Source of the DNA: a virus
Taxonomy: Duplodnaviria; Caudoviricetes
IMG/VR virus record: IMGVR_UViG_3300006929_000021
Location: 1-52,863 of that record
Length of the DNA: 52,863 nt
Direction: 5' to 3' (one strand)
Shown: positions 26,539 to 34,883 of the stretch, piece after piece
Layout of the letters: each line of letters begins with the position of its first letter
Position numbering within the stretch: the stretch's first letter is position 1
The notes under the pieces: model-generated
What the model was told of the DNA's origin: nothing
Databases searched by the model: none
What the model saw: only the letters and a program-made list of their open reading frames with translations
Made by a program: the position numbers and the translations under genes

Positions 26539-26567
26539 AGGATAACGGTCTAGAGAGTTTTTCGCAA
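26539..26567 (-). promoter_or_regulatory. sigma70-like promoter for rusA/primase-helicase
   Basis: TTGCGA-17 nt-TATCCT on the minus strand. Confidence 0.5.
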
Positions 26568-26583
26568 GAAACAGAGGAGAATC

Positions 26584-26844
26584 ATGGATAGAGAAAAAAG
26601 ATTCAGGGTCTATGAAAATGTCGGACCTCCTCCATCAAGCGGAGGTAGGAAGACACGATGGGGAGATTTGCCACTAGATACCATTGGTGTTAATGGGCTG
26701 ATTGAAATGCCCATGGAGCCAAGTGAGGTGCAGTCGCAAATACATGCAATCAGGAGTTACGCATGGAGGATGGCAAAGAAGTTGGACAAGAAGTTTAGTG
26801 TGAGAAAGACTGACTATGGAATCGGAATCTGGAGGACGCAGTAA
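26584..26844 (+). CDS. small putative DNA-binding protein (paralog 1)
   Basis: 86 aa; ENVGPP..RWGDLPL..KKFSVRK..GIGIWR; GAGGAG RBS. Confidence 0.7.
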   Translation: MDREKRFRVYENVGPPPSSGGRKTRWGDLPLDTIGVNGLIEMPMEPSEVQSQIHAIRSYAWRMAKKLDKKFSVRKTDYGIGIWRTQ

Positions 26845-27077
26845 TGGAGATTAGAAAGGGAGTACCATTGCCAGACAAGCAGAGCAGTAGATATGCAGAT
26901 CTTCGTAGGTTGTTTACCGACATGGATGTGCTGGATTCTTTTGTTTTCCCTGATGATGGTTTAGGGAGCGAAAGGTACGTCAGGTCTGCTGCATTTCGTT
27001 ATGGCAAACAGTTAGAAAGAAAGTATTCTGTCAGAAGGATTGATGATGTGACTCTAGGGGTATGGAGGACTGAATGA
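26844..27077 (+). CDS. small putative DNA-binding protein (paralog 2)
   Basis: 77 aa; IRKGVPLP..RY..MDVLDSF..RKYSVRR..LGVWR; similar to the upstream ORF. Confidence 0.7.
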   Translation: MEIRKGVPLPDKQSSRYADLRRLFTDMDVLDSFVFPDDGLGSERYVRSAAFRYGKQLERKYSVRRIDDVTLGVWRTE

Positions 27078-27898
27078 AACTTACCAATCAGTATGGGGCA
27101 CCCGATGCTTTTGTGAGAGCATTAGAGGATGATCAATACACCAAGGGTGAGGCTGACATCAGTGTGACAGGGCTGATACAGCCACCACAAATATCTAGGT
27201 TACGTGCTGAGCATGAGGACAAGCTATCATCAGATGTTCGTGACAGGATATGGATGCTCCTGGGAACCTCAGTTCACAACACCCTGGAAAAATATGGGGA
27301 AGGTAAGGTTGAACAAAGGTTGTTTGCTGAGTGTGATGGCACAACTATTTCGGGGGCAATCGACCTCGAAAGGGATGGCCATGTCACTGACTATAAAGTT
27401 ACGTCAGTGTTCACTGTGCAAAAAGCTCTGAAGCCTGACTGGGAGGCCCAGTTGAATATGTATGCATGGCTGTTAGAGAAAAATGGCACAGAACCTCAAA
27501 GCCTTACTATCGTGGCAATCTGTCGTGACTGGATGGCTAGTCGTGCGGGAAAGAATGGCTATCCAGATAGTATGATTGTGTCTATACCAGTACCCCTTTG
27601 GCCGATGGCTAGGAGGGAGAGGTACATCAGTAGTAGGGTAGCTGTGCATACTGCTGAAGAGGTGTCCCCCTGCACGAATGAGGAACGTTGGGCTAGGGGT
27701 GCCTACAGTGTCGTGGGTGGCAAGGGAAGGCCAAAGTCTTGCGACACATTAGAGGAAGCATCTGAGTACATCAATTCACGTAAGTCTGGAAAGTATTCTA
27801 TAGTGAATGGCGATGCACGTTATATCAGGTGTGAGAGTTGGTGTGATGTATCGGAGTTTTGTTCACAATGGCAAGCAGGGGAGAAGTCAAATGGCTAA
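27074..27898 (+). CDS. PD-(D/E)XK exonuclease (RecE/Cas4-like)
   Basis: LGTSVH, EQRL, GAID, DYKVT, QLNMY motifs; C-terminal RCESWCDVSEFC. Confidence 0.85.
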   Translation: MKLTNQYGAPDAFVRALEDDQYTKGEADISVTGLIQPPQISRLRAEHEDKLSSDVRDRIWMLLGTSVHNTLEKYGEGKVEQRLFAECDGTTISGAIDLERDGHVTDYKVTSVFTVQKALKPDWEAQLNMYAWLLEKNGTEPQSLTIVAICRDWMASRAGKNGYPDSMIVSIPVPLWPMARRERYISSRVAVHTAEEVSPCTNEERWARGAYSVVGGKGRPKSCDTLEEASEYINSRKSGKYSIVNGDARYIRCESWCDVSEFCSQWQAGEKSNG

Positions 27899-28574
27899 AC
27901 CAACAGCCAAGCAAATATGGGACACGCTTTCAAAGGTGGATGTCAGTAAGCACACTGAGGATCGTGGAGGGCTGACTTATTTGAGTTGGGCATGGGCATG
28001 GGGAGTAATGATGGATCACTACCCTGACCTAACCATCAAGTGGCACGGACAGTTAGATGAAAATGGCATCATGTATGACATCAACATTTATCCAGGTGGC
28101 AGTGCGATGGTCACCTGTAGTGTCACCATTGGTGATGTGAAGCGTGAGATGTGGTTGGCCGTCATGGACTATCGGCACAAAGCGATAGCCAACCCTGACG
28201 CAAGGGCTATATCAGACGCTAAGATGCGTTGCCTTACGAAATGTTTTGCTTTATTTGGATTGGGGCATTACATATATGCAGGCGAAGACACGCCTCAGGG
28301 TGGTGATGCACCCGCACCCAAGAAGTCTGCACCTAAAAAGCAACCGAAGCCGAAGACCGTCAAGACAGCAAAGAAAAGTTATATTGACGAGTTGAAGGAC
28401 ACTGCTAACGACCTAGTCAAAAGAGGTTGGGTTCCTGAGGGTGACTGGAAACAAGACATCAAGGATGTGGTTGCAAGTGGGGATGAAGAAAGAGCAGTAG
28501 CGATGATCAAGAGAGTGAAGGAAGCAGCAGAAGTAGCACTTAAACTATTCGATGCGAAAGCAGAGGAGAAATAA
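27891..28574 (+). CDS. Sak3/DUF1071-like single-strand annealing protein
   Basis: LTYLSWAWAW, LAVMDYRHKAI, ISDAKMRCLTKCFALFGLGHYIYAGED; ATG at 27891 with GGGGAG RBS. Confidence 0.85.
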   Translation: MAKPTAKQIWDTLSKVDVSKHTEDRGGLTYLSWAWAWGVMMDHYPDLTIKWHGQLDENGIMYDINIYPGGSAMVTCSVTIGDVKREMWLAVMDYRHKAIANPDARAISDAKMRCLTKCFALFGLGHYIYAGEDTPQGGDAPAPKKSAPKKQPKPKTVKTAKKSYIDELKDTANDLVKRGWVPEGDWKQDIKDVVASGDEERAVAMIKRVKEAAEVALKLFDAKAEEK

Positions 28575-28576
28575 CC

Positions 28577-28873
28577 ATGGCTGATTATGCCAACGAACCA
28601 AAGATTGATTTTGCAGTATTCAAAAACAAGTACGCAAAGACTGACAGACACCCTTCTGAAGTCGGTAAGATTGAATTTACCAGAGAGTTTCTAAAGGCCA
28701 TGACTGAGCGAGCAAAGACTGGCCAGATGCCTGTGTTGCGAGTTGCTATGTGGGAACGTACATCGAAAGCGGGCATGCCGTACAAGAACTTTAGGCTAGA
28801 GCTTGATAGATCTAAGGCTGATGCTCCAGTAGAGGCACCTGTAGAGGAGGAAGATGATGGCCTCGCCTTTTAA
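28577..28873 (+). CDS. putative single-stranded DNA-binding protein
   Basis: FKNK..HP...GKI..VAMWERTSK.G..Y; acidic tail EEEDDGLAF; follows exonuclease and SSAP. Confidence 0.7.
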   Translation: MADYANEPKIDFAVFKNKYAKTDRHPSEVGKIEFTREFLKAMTERAKTGQMPVLRVAMWERTSKAGMPYKNFRLELDRSKADAPVEAPVEEEDDGLAF

Positions 28874-29144
28874 GGCACCCTATGCATCTTTGCCACCTAC
28901 CAAAGTGATAACCTTTAGGTTGGATGAGGAGCTTTATCGTGAGGTGAAGGCTTTGGCAGATAAGGTGGGTGTCAGCATGAACCGACTGCTAACCGATACT
29001 ATGTATGATGTAGTGATTGCGGATGCTAATAATAGAGAGTCCATAAAAACGCCTCGTAAAAGCAAGGGTGGTCCGTCTGGTAGAGACATAGCCTGGAAGA
29101 GGGGAGGACTTTCTCCTGGTGTCAGAGGATTCTGGGAAATGTAA
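28854..29144 (+). CDS. ribbon-helix-helix (HicB/Arc-like) regulator
   Basis: VITFRLDEELYREVKALADKVGVSMNRLL. Confidence 0.75.
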   Translation: MMASPFKAPYASLPPTKVITFRLDEELYREVKALADKVGVSMNRLLTDTMYDVVIADANNRESIKTPRKSKGGPSGRDIAWKRGGLSPGVRGFWEM

Positions 29145-29287
29145 GTCTTGATAACAAGGGAGGTGTCACTGCTTGGTAGGGGTTGGGTGCCCTTGATTAG
29201 GCATGACTTAAATAACCATAATGGGACCGACTAATGGATCTACTAATCCAGTCGGTGGTGGCCTCTCGCTTTTTAAAGGAAAAAACA

Positions 29288-29473
29288 ATGGACTGGAAAG
29301 GTAAAATAAAAACTGCAATTTATTTTTTTATGTTGTTGCTGCGTTCAATTTTCTTCGGAGTGGTGACAGGTGTAAAGTACGGATGGAAAACTGCACTGTA
29401 CTACTGGAGAACAGAACGTATCAAAAGAAGCCGTACCAGACCAAGTGATATGCGAAAAACTGGTGGTATCTAA
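29288..29473 (+). CDS. small membrane protein
   Basis: ATG at 29288 with AAGGA RBS; one hydrophobic segment; coupled to the MTase. Confidence 0.55.
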   Translation: MDWKGKIKTAIYFFMLLLRSIFFGVVTGVKYGWKTALYYWRTERIKRSRTRPSDMRKTGGI

Positions 29474-30387
29474 TGCGGGTTGGTAGCTTATTCACAGGAG
29501 TGGGCGGGTTGGACCTTGGCCTAGAGAAAGCAGGTCACGAAATAGCGTGGCAAGTAGAGTATGATGAGAAGTGCCAGTCTGTCTTGAGAAAACACTGGCC
29601 CAACGTAAAACTTCACAAGGATGTGTGCTATGCAGGAAAATCTATTCTCGACCCCGTCGATCTCATCTGCGGAGGATTCCCCTGTCAAGATCTCAGTGTT
29701 GCGGGCTATCGTCAAGGCCTTTCAGCACCGAGGTCAGGATTGTGGTGGGAGTTTCATAGGATCATTAGTGAGCTTACTCCCCGTTGGGTACTTATCGAAA
29801 ACGTCCCTGGCCTTCTCCTGTCCCACGAAGGGAGGGACTTGGAAACTTTGCTCCACTCAATGGAGAAATTACGCTACGGGTGGAGCTACAGGATTCTTGA
29901 CAGCAGAAATTTTGTCCCCCAAAGACGAAAGAGAGTTTTCATTGTCGGATATCTTGGAGACAGATGTCCACCCGAAGTACTACTTGAGTCCGAAGGCTTG
30001 TCAGGGAATACTGAGGCGAGCAGAGAAGCGAGAGCAAAAGTTACCCCCGACACTAGAGATAGCTTTGAAGAAAGTGATAGAATAATAACGCATCAAAGTA
30101 TCTTTCCCACGATTGGAGCGTCGTCGGCTGGGACTAGTAGGCCTGGTGGTCAGGGAGCAGAAAGACATATGTACATCGGAGATCCGCCACGCAGAATAAC
30201 TCCCCGTGAGGCTGAACGTCTTCAAGGGTTCGATGACGACTGGACTCGTTGGTCAGATAGCGGTGAAGAACTAGCTGATGGCCCAAGGTATAAGATGATG
30301 GGTAATGCAGTTACTGTTGACGTAGCCGAATGGTTGGGTAGGCAATTATCAATTGCGGATAAAAGATCCCAGTGCGACTCCCGCTAA
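29473..30387 (+). CDS. C5-cytosine DNA methyltransferase
   Basis: Motif I SLFTGVGG, IV GGFPCQDLS, VI IENVPG, VIII PQRRKRVFIVG, IX TPREAERLQGF, X GNAV. Confidence 0.95.
   Translation: MRVGSLFTGVGGLDLGLEKAGHEIAWQVEYDEKCQSVLRKHWPNVKLHKDVCYAGKSILDPVDLICGGFPCQDLSVAGYRQGLSAPRSGLWWEFHRIISELTPRWVLIENVPGLLLSHEGRDLETLLHSMEKLRYGWSYRILDSRNFVPQRRKRVFIVGYLGDRCPPEVLLESEGLSGNTEASREARAKVTPDTRDSFEESDRIITHQSIFPTIGASSAGTSRPGGQGAERHMYIGDPPRRITPREAERLQGFDDDWTRWSDSGEELADGPRYKMMGNAVTVDVAEWLGRQLSIADKRSQCDSR
29621..30085 (+). CDS. alternative-frame MTase beta-like polypeptide (M.EcoHK31I beta-like)
   Basis: 154-codon ORF in the +1 frame inside the MTase; SLSDILE..KYYLSPKACQGILRRAEKR..LP; AAGGA lies 8 nt before ATG 29630. 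Confidence 0.7.
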   Translation: MCAMQENLFSTPSISSAEDSPVKISVLRAIVKAFQHRGQDCGGSFIGSLVSLLPVGYLSKTSLAFSCPTKGGTWKLCSTQWRNYATGGATGFLTAEILSPKDEREFSLSDILETDVHPKYYLSPKACQGILRRAEKREQKLPPTLEIALKKVIE

Positions 30388-30987
30388 TACATATGGAACT
30401 GCTCCACCTATCTTAGAAAATACTCCACGGTTGGCAGCGTCCTTCCAGGCATCTGATTCTTTATTCAAAGCTGTGATCTCTAGCCTCAGTGACTCGTTTA
30501 CTCTTTGCTCCATCGACCACAACGAGTCCAAGATCTCCACCCTTCTCCATAAAATCACCTTATCTTCCTCTAATGTGGCAATTTGTACCTGATAAGAGGA
30601 CACCTCTTTTTGGTGATTTAATTCTAAGGTGTCTAGCAAGACTTCTAAGCCATCTTGATTAGCTAGGCTTTCACGGAGTGTACTTAGGTTCTCGTTGAAG
30701 CTTACAGACGATGTGAGAGCGTCATTTTTAGCAGACTCCCTGACTTCAGCGAGCGAGTCGTGAACGTTGTCCAAGCTGTCCCTTAGTACGTCATAATACT
30801 CATAAGATTCTAAGAGTTGGTCCTCAAGTTTTAATCTTTGTGACCTCAACTCTTCAACTTCTTCTTCTGCTAGTTCGGCCCTGACTTTCGCTGCGGCATT
30901 AGAGTTAAAAATAATTCCTGAAAATGATAGCAAGCCAAGAATTATCAAAATCGCTATAAAATTATTCTGCATTAATTTTTTATTCAT
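30349..30987 (-). CDS. membrane-anchored coiled-coil protein (spanin-like)
   Basis: N-terminal TM segment, long coiled coil, C-terminal hydrophobic segment; last gene of the late operon. Confidence 0.55.
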   Translation of the reverse strand: MNKKLMQNNFIAILIILGLLSFSGIIFNSNAAAKVRAELAEEEVEELRSQRLKLEDQLLESYEYYDVLRDSLDNVHDSLAEVRESAKNDALTSSVSFNENLSTLRESLANQDGLEVLLDTLELNHQKEVSSYQVQIATLEEDKVILWRRVEILDSLWSMEQRVNESLRLEITALNKESDAWKDAANRGVFSKIGGAVPYVLAGVALGSFIRN

Positions 30988-31294
30988 TTACGAAATCAGG
31001 ATTTCCGCTGAGAATTGAGGGAACAGTTTCGGCTACTGCTTGATCGCTCTCATCCCTCACAAGCCTGTAACAGTATCTTCTAGATACAACTCCAGTCATC
31101 GTGGTTCGTGGAACCCGACAGATTTCAACCGATCCCTGCGAGATCAATTCCTTTAGTCGGTCTCTGACCTGCTCTGCTGTTATGTCTAAAGCCTTAGATA
31201 GTTCTTTTACCGACATCGCCCCTTCAGGATCTGCTGTACCTCCTAATGCTTTTTGTACCTGTGCTAGTAATTCTTGCTCTGTAATACTACTCAT
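30980..31294 (-). CDS. winged-helix DNA-binding protein
   Basis: MSVKELSKALDITAEQVRDRLKELISQGSV..YRL. Confidence 0.7.
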   Translation of the reverse strand: MSSITEQELLAQVQKALGGTADPEGAMSVKELSKALDITAEQVRDRLKELISQGSVEICRVPRTTMTGVVSRRYCYRLVRDESDQAVAETVPSILSGNPDFVNE

Positions 31295-32133
31295 AATACC
31301 TCCACAATCGTTGGTCTATCTGGTGTAAAAAGTATGCTTTCCATACTATAATCATCGTCATCAATCTCGAAGTAAACAAGACCTATGTCGGCAAGAGATT
31401 CAGCAACCCTATGAACATACTCAGTAGCTAACTGCCACGCAGGTAGTGCTACCGCCCGTGTCTTGACCTTGTGAATCTTTCCACTATCAGCAAATTGATG
31501 GAAGTGAGATCTGATTGCTACATCGGGAGGGTTGTCGTTGTCCATCAGATAGTTAAAGAAGATATCTTGTGCGTACCAACGCATGTATGGTCCCTTCGTG
31601 TGTGCTCTTCTACCCATTCTGCCGTGATGTTTAATATCAAATACGGTAGATCCAATCTTCATGGTTCGTGTATAAGAAGACATTTGCCCAGTGTCAGGGT
31701 CCTCTACTATGGGCCATCCCGTTCCCTTTAGTGCCTTGGCCATCCCTTCTTCAAGCCCACCTGCACGGCCTACATGTGCTGACGTTCCCCTGATGATGTG
31801 TATACTGTCTGGCTTAAGGGCCAACGGAACCCGCAATGTTTCAAGGGCACAGCTTACATGCACACCTTCGTGCCCCGTAGCAATCTGTGTAGTTCTGTGA
31901 TGGTCCCCATCCGTGGCATCTCCGTTACATACAATATGTAACTTAGCATCCCTGTTCTTTCGCTTGATGGATTTAATCCTAGCCCATGCTTCTTCCCAAT
32001 TATTCCAAAGCCATTCTTGTCCCTTGTTGGGCATGTATAGGCCACCATCATCTAGCTCTATACCCTCAGGCGGGCATAGCCCTACCGTGGAGCCACAGTG
32101 CATGTCTCCAAAAAAAACAACCAAGTGTTTCAT
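31291..32133 (-). CDS. calcineurin-like metallophosphoesterase
   Basis: GDMHCG, NGDATDG, GTSAH, HH, SHFH motifs. Confidence 0.85.
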   Translation of the reverse strand: MKHLVVFFGDMHCGSTVGLCPPEGIELDDGGLYMPNKGQEWLWNNWEEAWARIKSIKRKNRDAKLHIVCNGDATDGDHHRTTQIATGHEGVHVSCALETLRVPLALKPDSIHIIRGTSAHVGRAGGLEEGMAKALKGTGWPIVEDPDTGQMSSYTRTMKIGSTVFDIKHHGRMGRRAHTKGPYMRWYAQDIFFNYLMDNDNPPDVAIRSHFHQFADSGKIHKVKTRAVALPAWQLATEYVHRVAESLADIGLVYFEIDDDDYSMESILFTPDRPTIVEVL

Positions 32134-32150
32134 TTTATATGACCTCTCTG

Positions 32151-32318
32151 TTACTCTATAAAAATATCACCACATTCGTCACAGTATCCATCTGCATTTT
32201 TTATAGTATTTCCACAACGCTCGCAGACTTGCCACTTCGATACGAAATCCCACCCACACCACGCACAGTACTTGTTGTTTAGCTCTCTTTCAGCACCACA
32301 ACGTGGACAATCCATCAT
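32151..32318 (-). CDS. double zinc-ribbon protein (55 aa, not in ORF track)
   Basis: Hand-translated MMDCPRCG..YCAWCG..VCERCG..YCDECG..IE*; four CxxCG motifs; ATGA overlap. Confidence 0.8.
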   Translation of the reverse strand: MMDCPRCGAERELNNKYCAWCGWDFVSKWQVCERCGNTIKNADGYCDECGDIFIE

Positions 32319-32605
32319 TGCGTATCACCCCCAAGCTCCAGCCTAACCTTTAGTAGTGCTAGTTCTCTTTCAAGTTGAATAACTTGATCTTGTAACTCTG
32401 AAAGTTGAAGGGTCAGGCTGCCTTGTTGGCCAATATATTTTCCTTGCCTGTCACGAACATCTTGTAGCTCGACCATAGCTTGTGCATCGGCACGTTCCAT
32501 GCCCTCAAACCTAGCTCCTGCAACCCATGTAGCTACAAGTATGCTTATAAAAAATCCTACGCTTAAAGCAGGAAGGGACGTTGCCTTCGAGATACCGTTA
32601 GCCAT
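32315..32605 (-). CDS. membrane protein with coiled coil (lysis-associated?)
   Basis: N-terminal TM helix followed by a heptad-rich tail. Confidence 0.6.
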   Translation of the reverse strand: MANGISKATSLPALSVGFFISILVATWVAGARFEGMERADAQAMVELQDVRDRQGKYIGQQGSLTLQLSELQDQVIQLERELALLKVRLELGGDTQ

Positions 32606-34131
32606 TATCTGATTCCTAAAACATCCAGCATAGGTGTTCCTGGTTCAGGCTTGTCACCAAAAAATTCTTCAAAGTCTAAGTCGGGAGACATCACACCAAG
32701 GTCTGGTGCCATTAAATCTTCGTAGTATGATGTCATAGCATTGCGTTCTGCCTGAGTCATAGGGGGTTCGGGAAGTCCCGCATCTCCCAGTTCTTCAACT
32801 GCCAGCACCTGGTCTACAAGTGGTCCACCCATTTTTCCTAGTAATGCTGCTCCCGCAGCCATCATGGCCTTTGTGTTTATAAGCTTTCCGACTGCCTTTC
32901 CTACCACATTTGGTGTTATCTTACCTCGACCCGCATTGTTTCTAAGATAGTCTAACCAGTCTTTAATCTTTTGTCCTACTGGAACTTCAGTTATGGGTAC
33001 AGTTCTACGATTAAAAATATATTCAGGAGCAGCGTGGCCAGCCGTAACCCTTCCGCCTGAAGTGGCGACTTTCTTTGCCTCTTGTTCTATGGTCCCAACA
33101 AACTGATCCTCAAGCCCTTCTGCTACTACTTTTAGCGTAGCGTCATTAGCACCCTCAAGAGGTTTTTCAATTGTTTGTTTTAAAACCTGCTCTGGAGTCC
33201 AATTTTTCGGGTCAGCCGCAACCATTTTTCCTGGAGTCTCAGTATATGTACCTGTATATGGATCAAAACTCACGGTTGTTTTTTTATTAATTTCTGACAA
33301 TTTCGCAGCATCAAACTCACCCGTTAGGGGATCAAAGGCAGGGCTTACAAACTTTTTTTGAAATTTTCTTAGCCGTGCCCCTCTGGGATTGTCCGTCAGT
33401 TGATCAAGCTCGTTTGCCCTAGCCCGTGTCATCGGTGCAGTTTTTGTTCCGTCTGACAATATATATACTTTTGGTGTTTCTTTACGAGGCATTCCTGGTC
33501 CAGCTGCCGTCCTGTTTACAGGCCCCTTGTCTGTACCAGGCATTCCTGGTCCAGCTGCCGTCCGATTTACAGGCCCCTTGGTGGATCTACCGCCACTCCG
33601 TGCGTCTGATTCATCTACCAAAAACTTGGAGCCTGACTCTGAACCTCTACCCTGTTGCCTAGCTCGTTTGGTTTTCGTTGTCTGACGAGACTGTGCCAAT
33701 CGGTTTGCTTCAATCTCACGTGCATCTGCATATGCTATATTTATATCTTCAGGAAGCAACGTACCCAAAGAACCTTTTGTATTGGTAATATCATCCGAAG
33801 TAATCCCTAATAACTCTGCAACGGTTTTATTTGTTTGGCCTTCTTTGGCTGATGGAAATCCCCGCACTTCTCTATTAAAAATATCTTCATAATCAACATC
33901 TACATTATGTATCTCATGGTCCTGTGCTACTCGTCGCACAAGGCTTTTAACTGAGTCGTGAATTAATGCGTTTCTTTTAGCTTCTTCAAGTAGCCTTGCA
34001 GTTGAGAATCTTGAAGTCAGAACCCCTGGTCGTGCCCCTCCTGTACCTGCTCTTCTTCTTCCCTGCCACTTACGCAACTTTGACTCATCAGGATCTCCAC
34101 CGTTAGCTAACCCCATTATACCTTTATGCAT
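32605..34131 (-). CDS. hypothetical protein, probably virion-associated
   Basis: 508 aa; N-terminal GIMGLANGG motif resembles those of the internal virion proteins; internal 14-aa repeat. Confidence 0.7.
   Translation of the reverse strand: MHKGIMGLANGGDPDESKLRKWQGRRRAGTGGARPGVLTSRFSTARLLEEAKRNALIHDSVKSLVRRVAQDHEIHNVDVDYEDIFNREVRGFPSAKEGQTNKTVAELLGITSDDITNTKGSLGTLLPEDINIAYADAREIEANRLAQSRQTTKTKRARQQGRGSESGSKFLVDESDARSGGRSTKGPVNRTAAGPGMPGTDKGPVNRTAAGPGMPRKETPKVYILSDGTKTAPMTRARANELDQLTDNPRGARLRKFQKKFVSPAFDPLTGEFDAAKLSEINKKTTVSFDPYTGTYTETPGKMVAADPKNWTPEQVLKQTIEKPLEGANDATLKVVAEGLEDQFVGTIEQEAKKVATSGGRVTAGHAAPEYIFNRRTVPITEVPVGQKIKDWLDYLRNNAGRGKITPNVVGKAVGKLINTKAMMAAGAALLGKMGGPLVDQVLAVEELGDAGLPEPPMTQAERNAMTSYYEDLMAPDLGVMSPDLDFEEFFGDKPEPGTPMLDVLGIR
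33487..33580. repeat. 43-bp direct repeat, period 51 nt (KGPVNRTAAGPGMP x2)
   Basis: 33487-33529 vs 33538-33580, two substitutions. Confidence 0.85.
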
Positions 34132-34582
34132 TTTTACCCCATCTTGCAGGTGCTGGCCTGCCTATCATGCCACGGACATCGACATGTGTGAATGTTTTAT
34201 ACCTACCTATACCTAATTGCTCCTTGTAAGGACTGTCTTCTAATAAATCAGCGACCTGTCTTGGAGTCCAATTTACTTTAACAATATCTGCTGCACCCAA
34301 AGTTAAGTGCATACTATTGGGCACCCCACCTATCGCCTCATTGTAGTCCCAACTTCTATACCAACTATTAATTAAAACAGGAGATACACCACCTGCTCTT
34401 CTTACATACTGTAACACATCAATCAATTTGATTGCATTATCAATCAACTCAACACTAGGAGGAGTAAGACTCACTCCATTAGACTCACGGCCTACATCAC
34501 AAATTTCTAATGCAGTAAAATTCTTTATGCCGTTTGCCTTAAGCTGTGCATCACACAGCGTAGCCCACTCACTTCTCGTCAT
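34124..34582 (-). CDS. peptidase M15A endolysin
   Basis: INSWYRS..YN..IGG..SMH..GAAD..GIGRY..FTHVDVRG. Confidence 0.9.
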   Translation of the reverse strand: MTRSEWATLCDAQLKANGIKNFTALEICDVGRESNGVSLTPPSVELIDNAIKLIDVLQYVRRAGGVSPVLINSWYRSWDYNEAIGGVPNSMHLTLGAADIVKVNWTPRQVADLLEDSPYKEQLGIGRYKTFTHVDVRGMIGRPAPARWGKNA

Positions 34583-34883
34583 GTTCCCTAAACCCAGGGC
34601 TATTGTCTAGTATGTCTGGCCGTCTAGGCTCTTTGATAGACTTCGCTATCCCAGAAGCTACGGCCCCTACTTGAGGAGCCAGGTATTGGCTTACACGGGG
34701 ACCACCAGCCCATGCCACTAAACCCACAACCAAGCTACCAAGCAAGGTATAAGCTGCCCCAGGAACCTCCCATACTGTAGAGTCAAGGACTATCAAAGCT
34801 CCTGTAAACATAAGGGATGCACATAGGAACGTGCGAGCAGCACTCAAGTTTTCTTTTTCATCACTAAGCATTTCCCTCAACAT
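34569..34883 (-). CDS. putative holin
   Basis: Two TM helices; immediately upstream of the endolysin. Confidence 0.65.
   Translation of the reverse strand: MLREMLSDEKENLSAARTFLCASLMFTGALIVLDSTVWEVPGAAYTLLGSLVVGLVAWAGGPRVSQYLAPQVGAVASGIAKSIKEPRRPDILDNSPGFREHDEK

Noticed and set aside
27074-27898. Cas4 / CRISPR association
   Set aside because: The exonuclease-SSAP-SSB context indicates an ordinary phage recombination module
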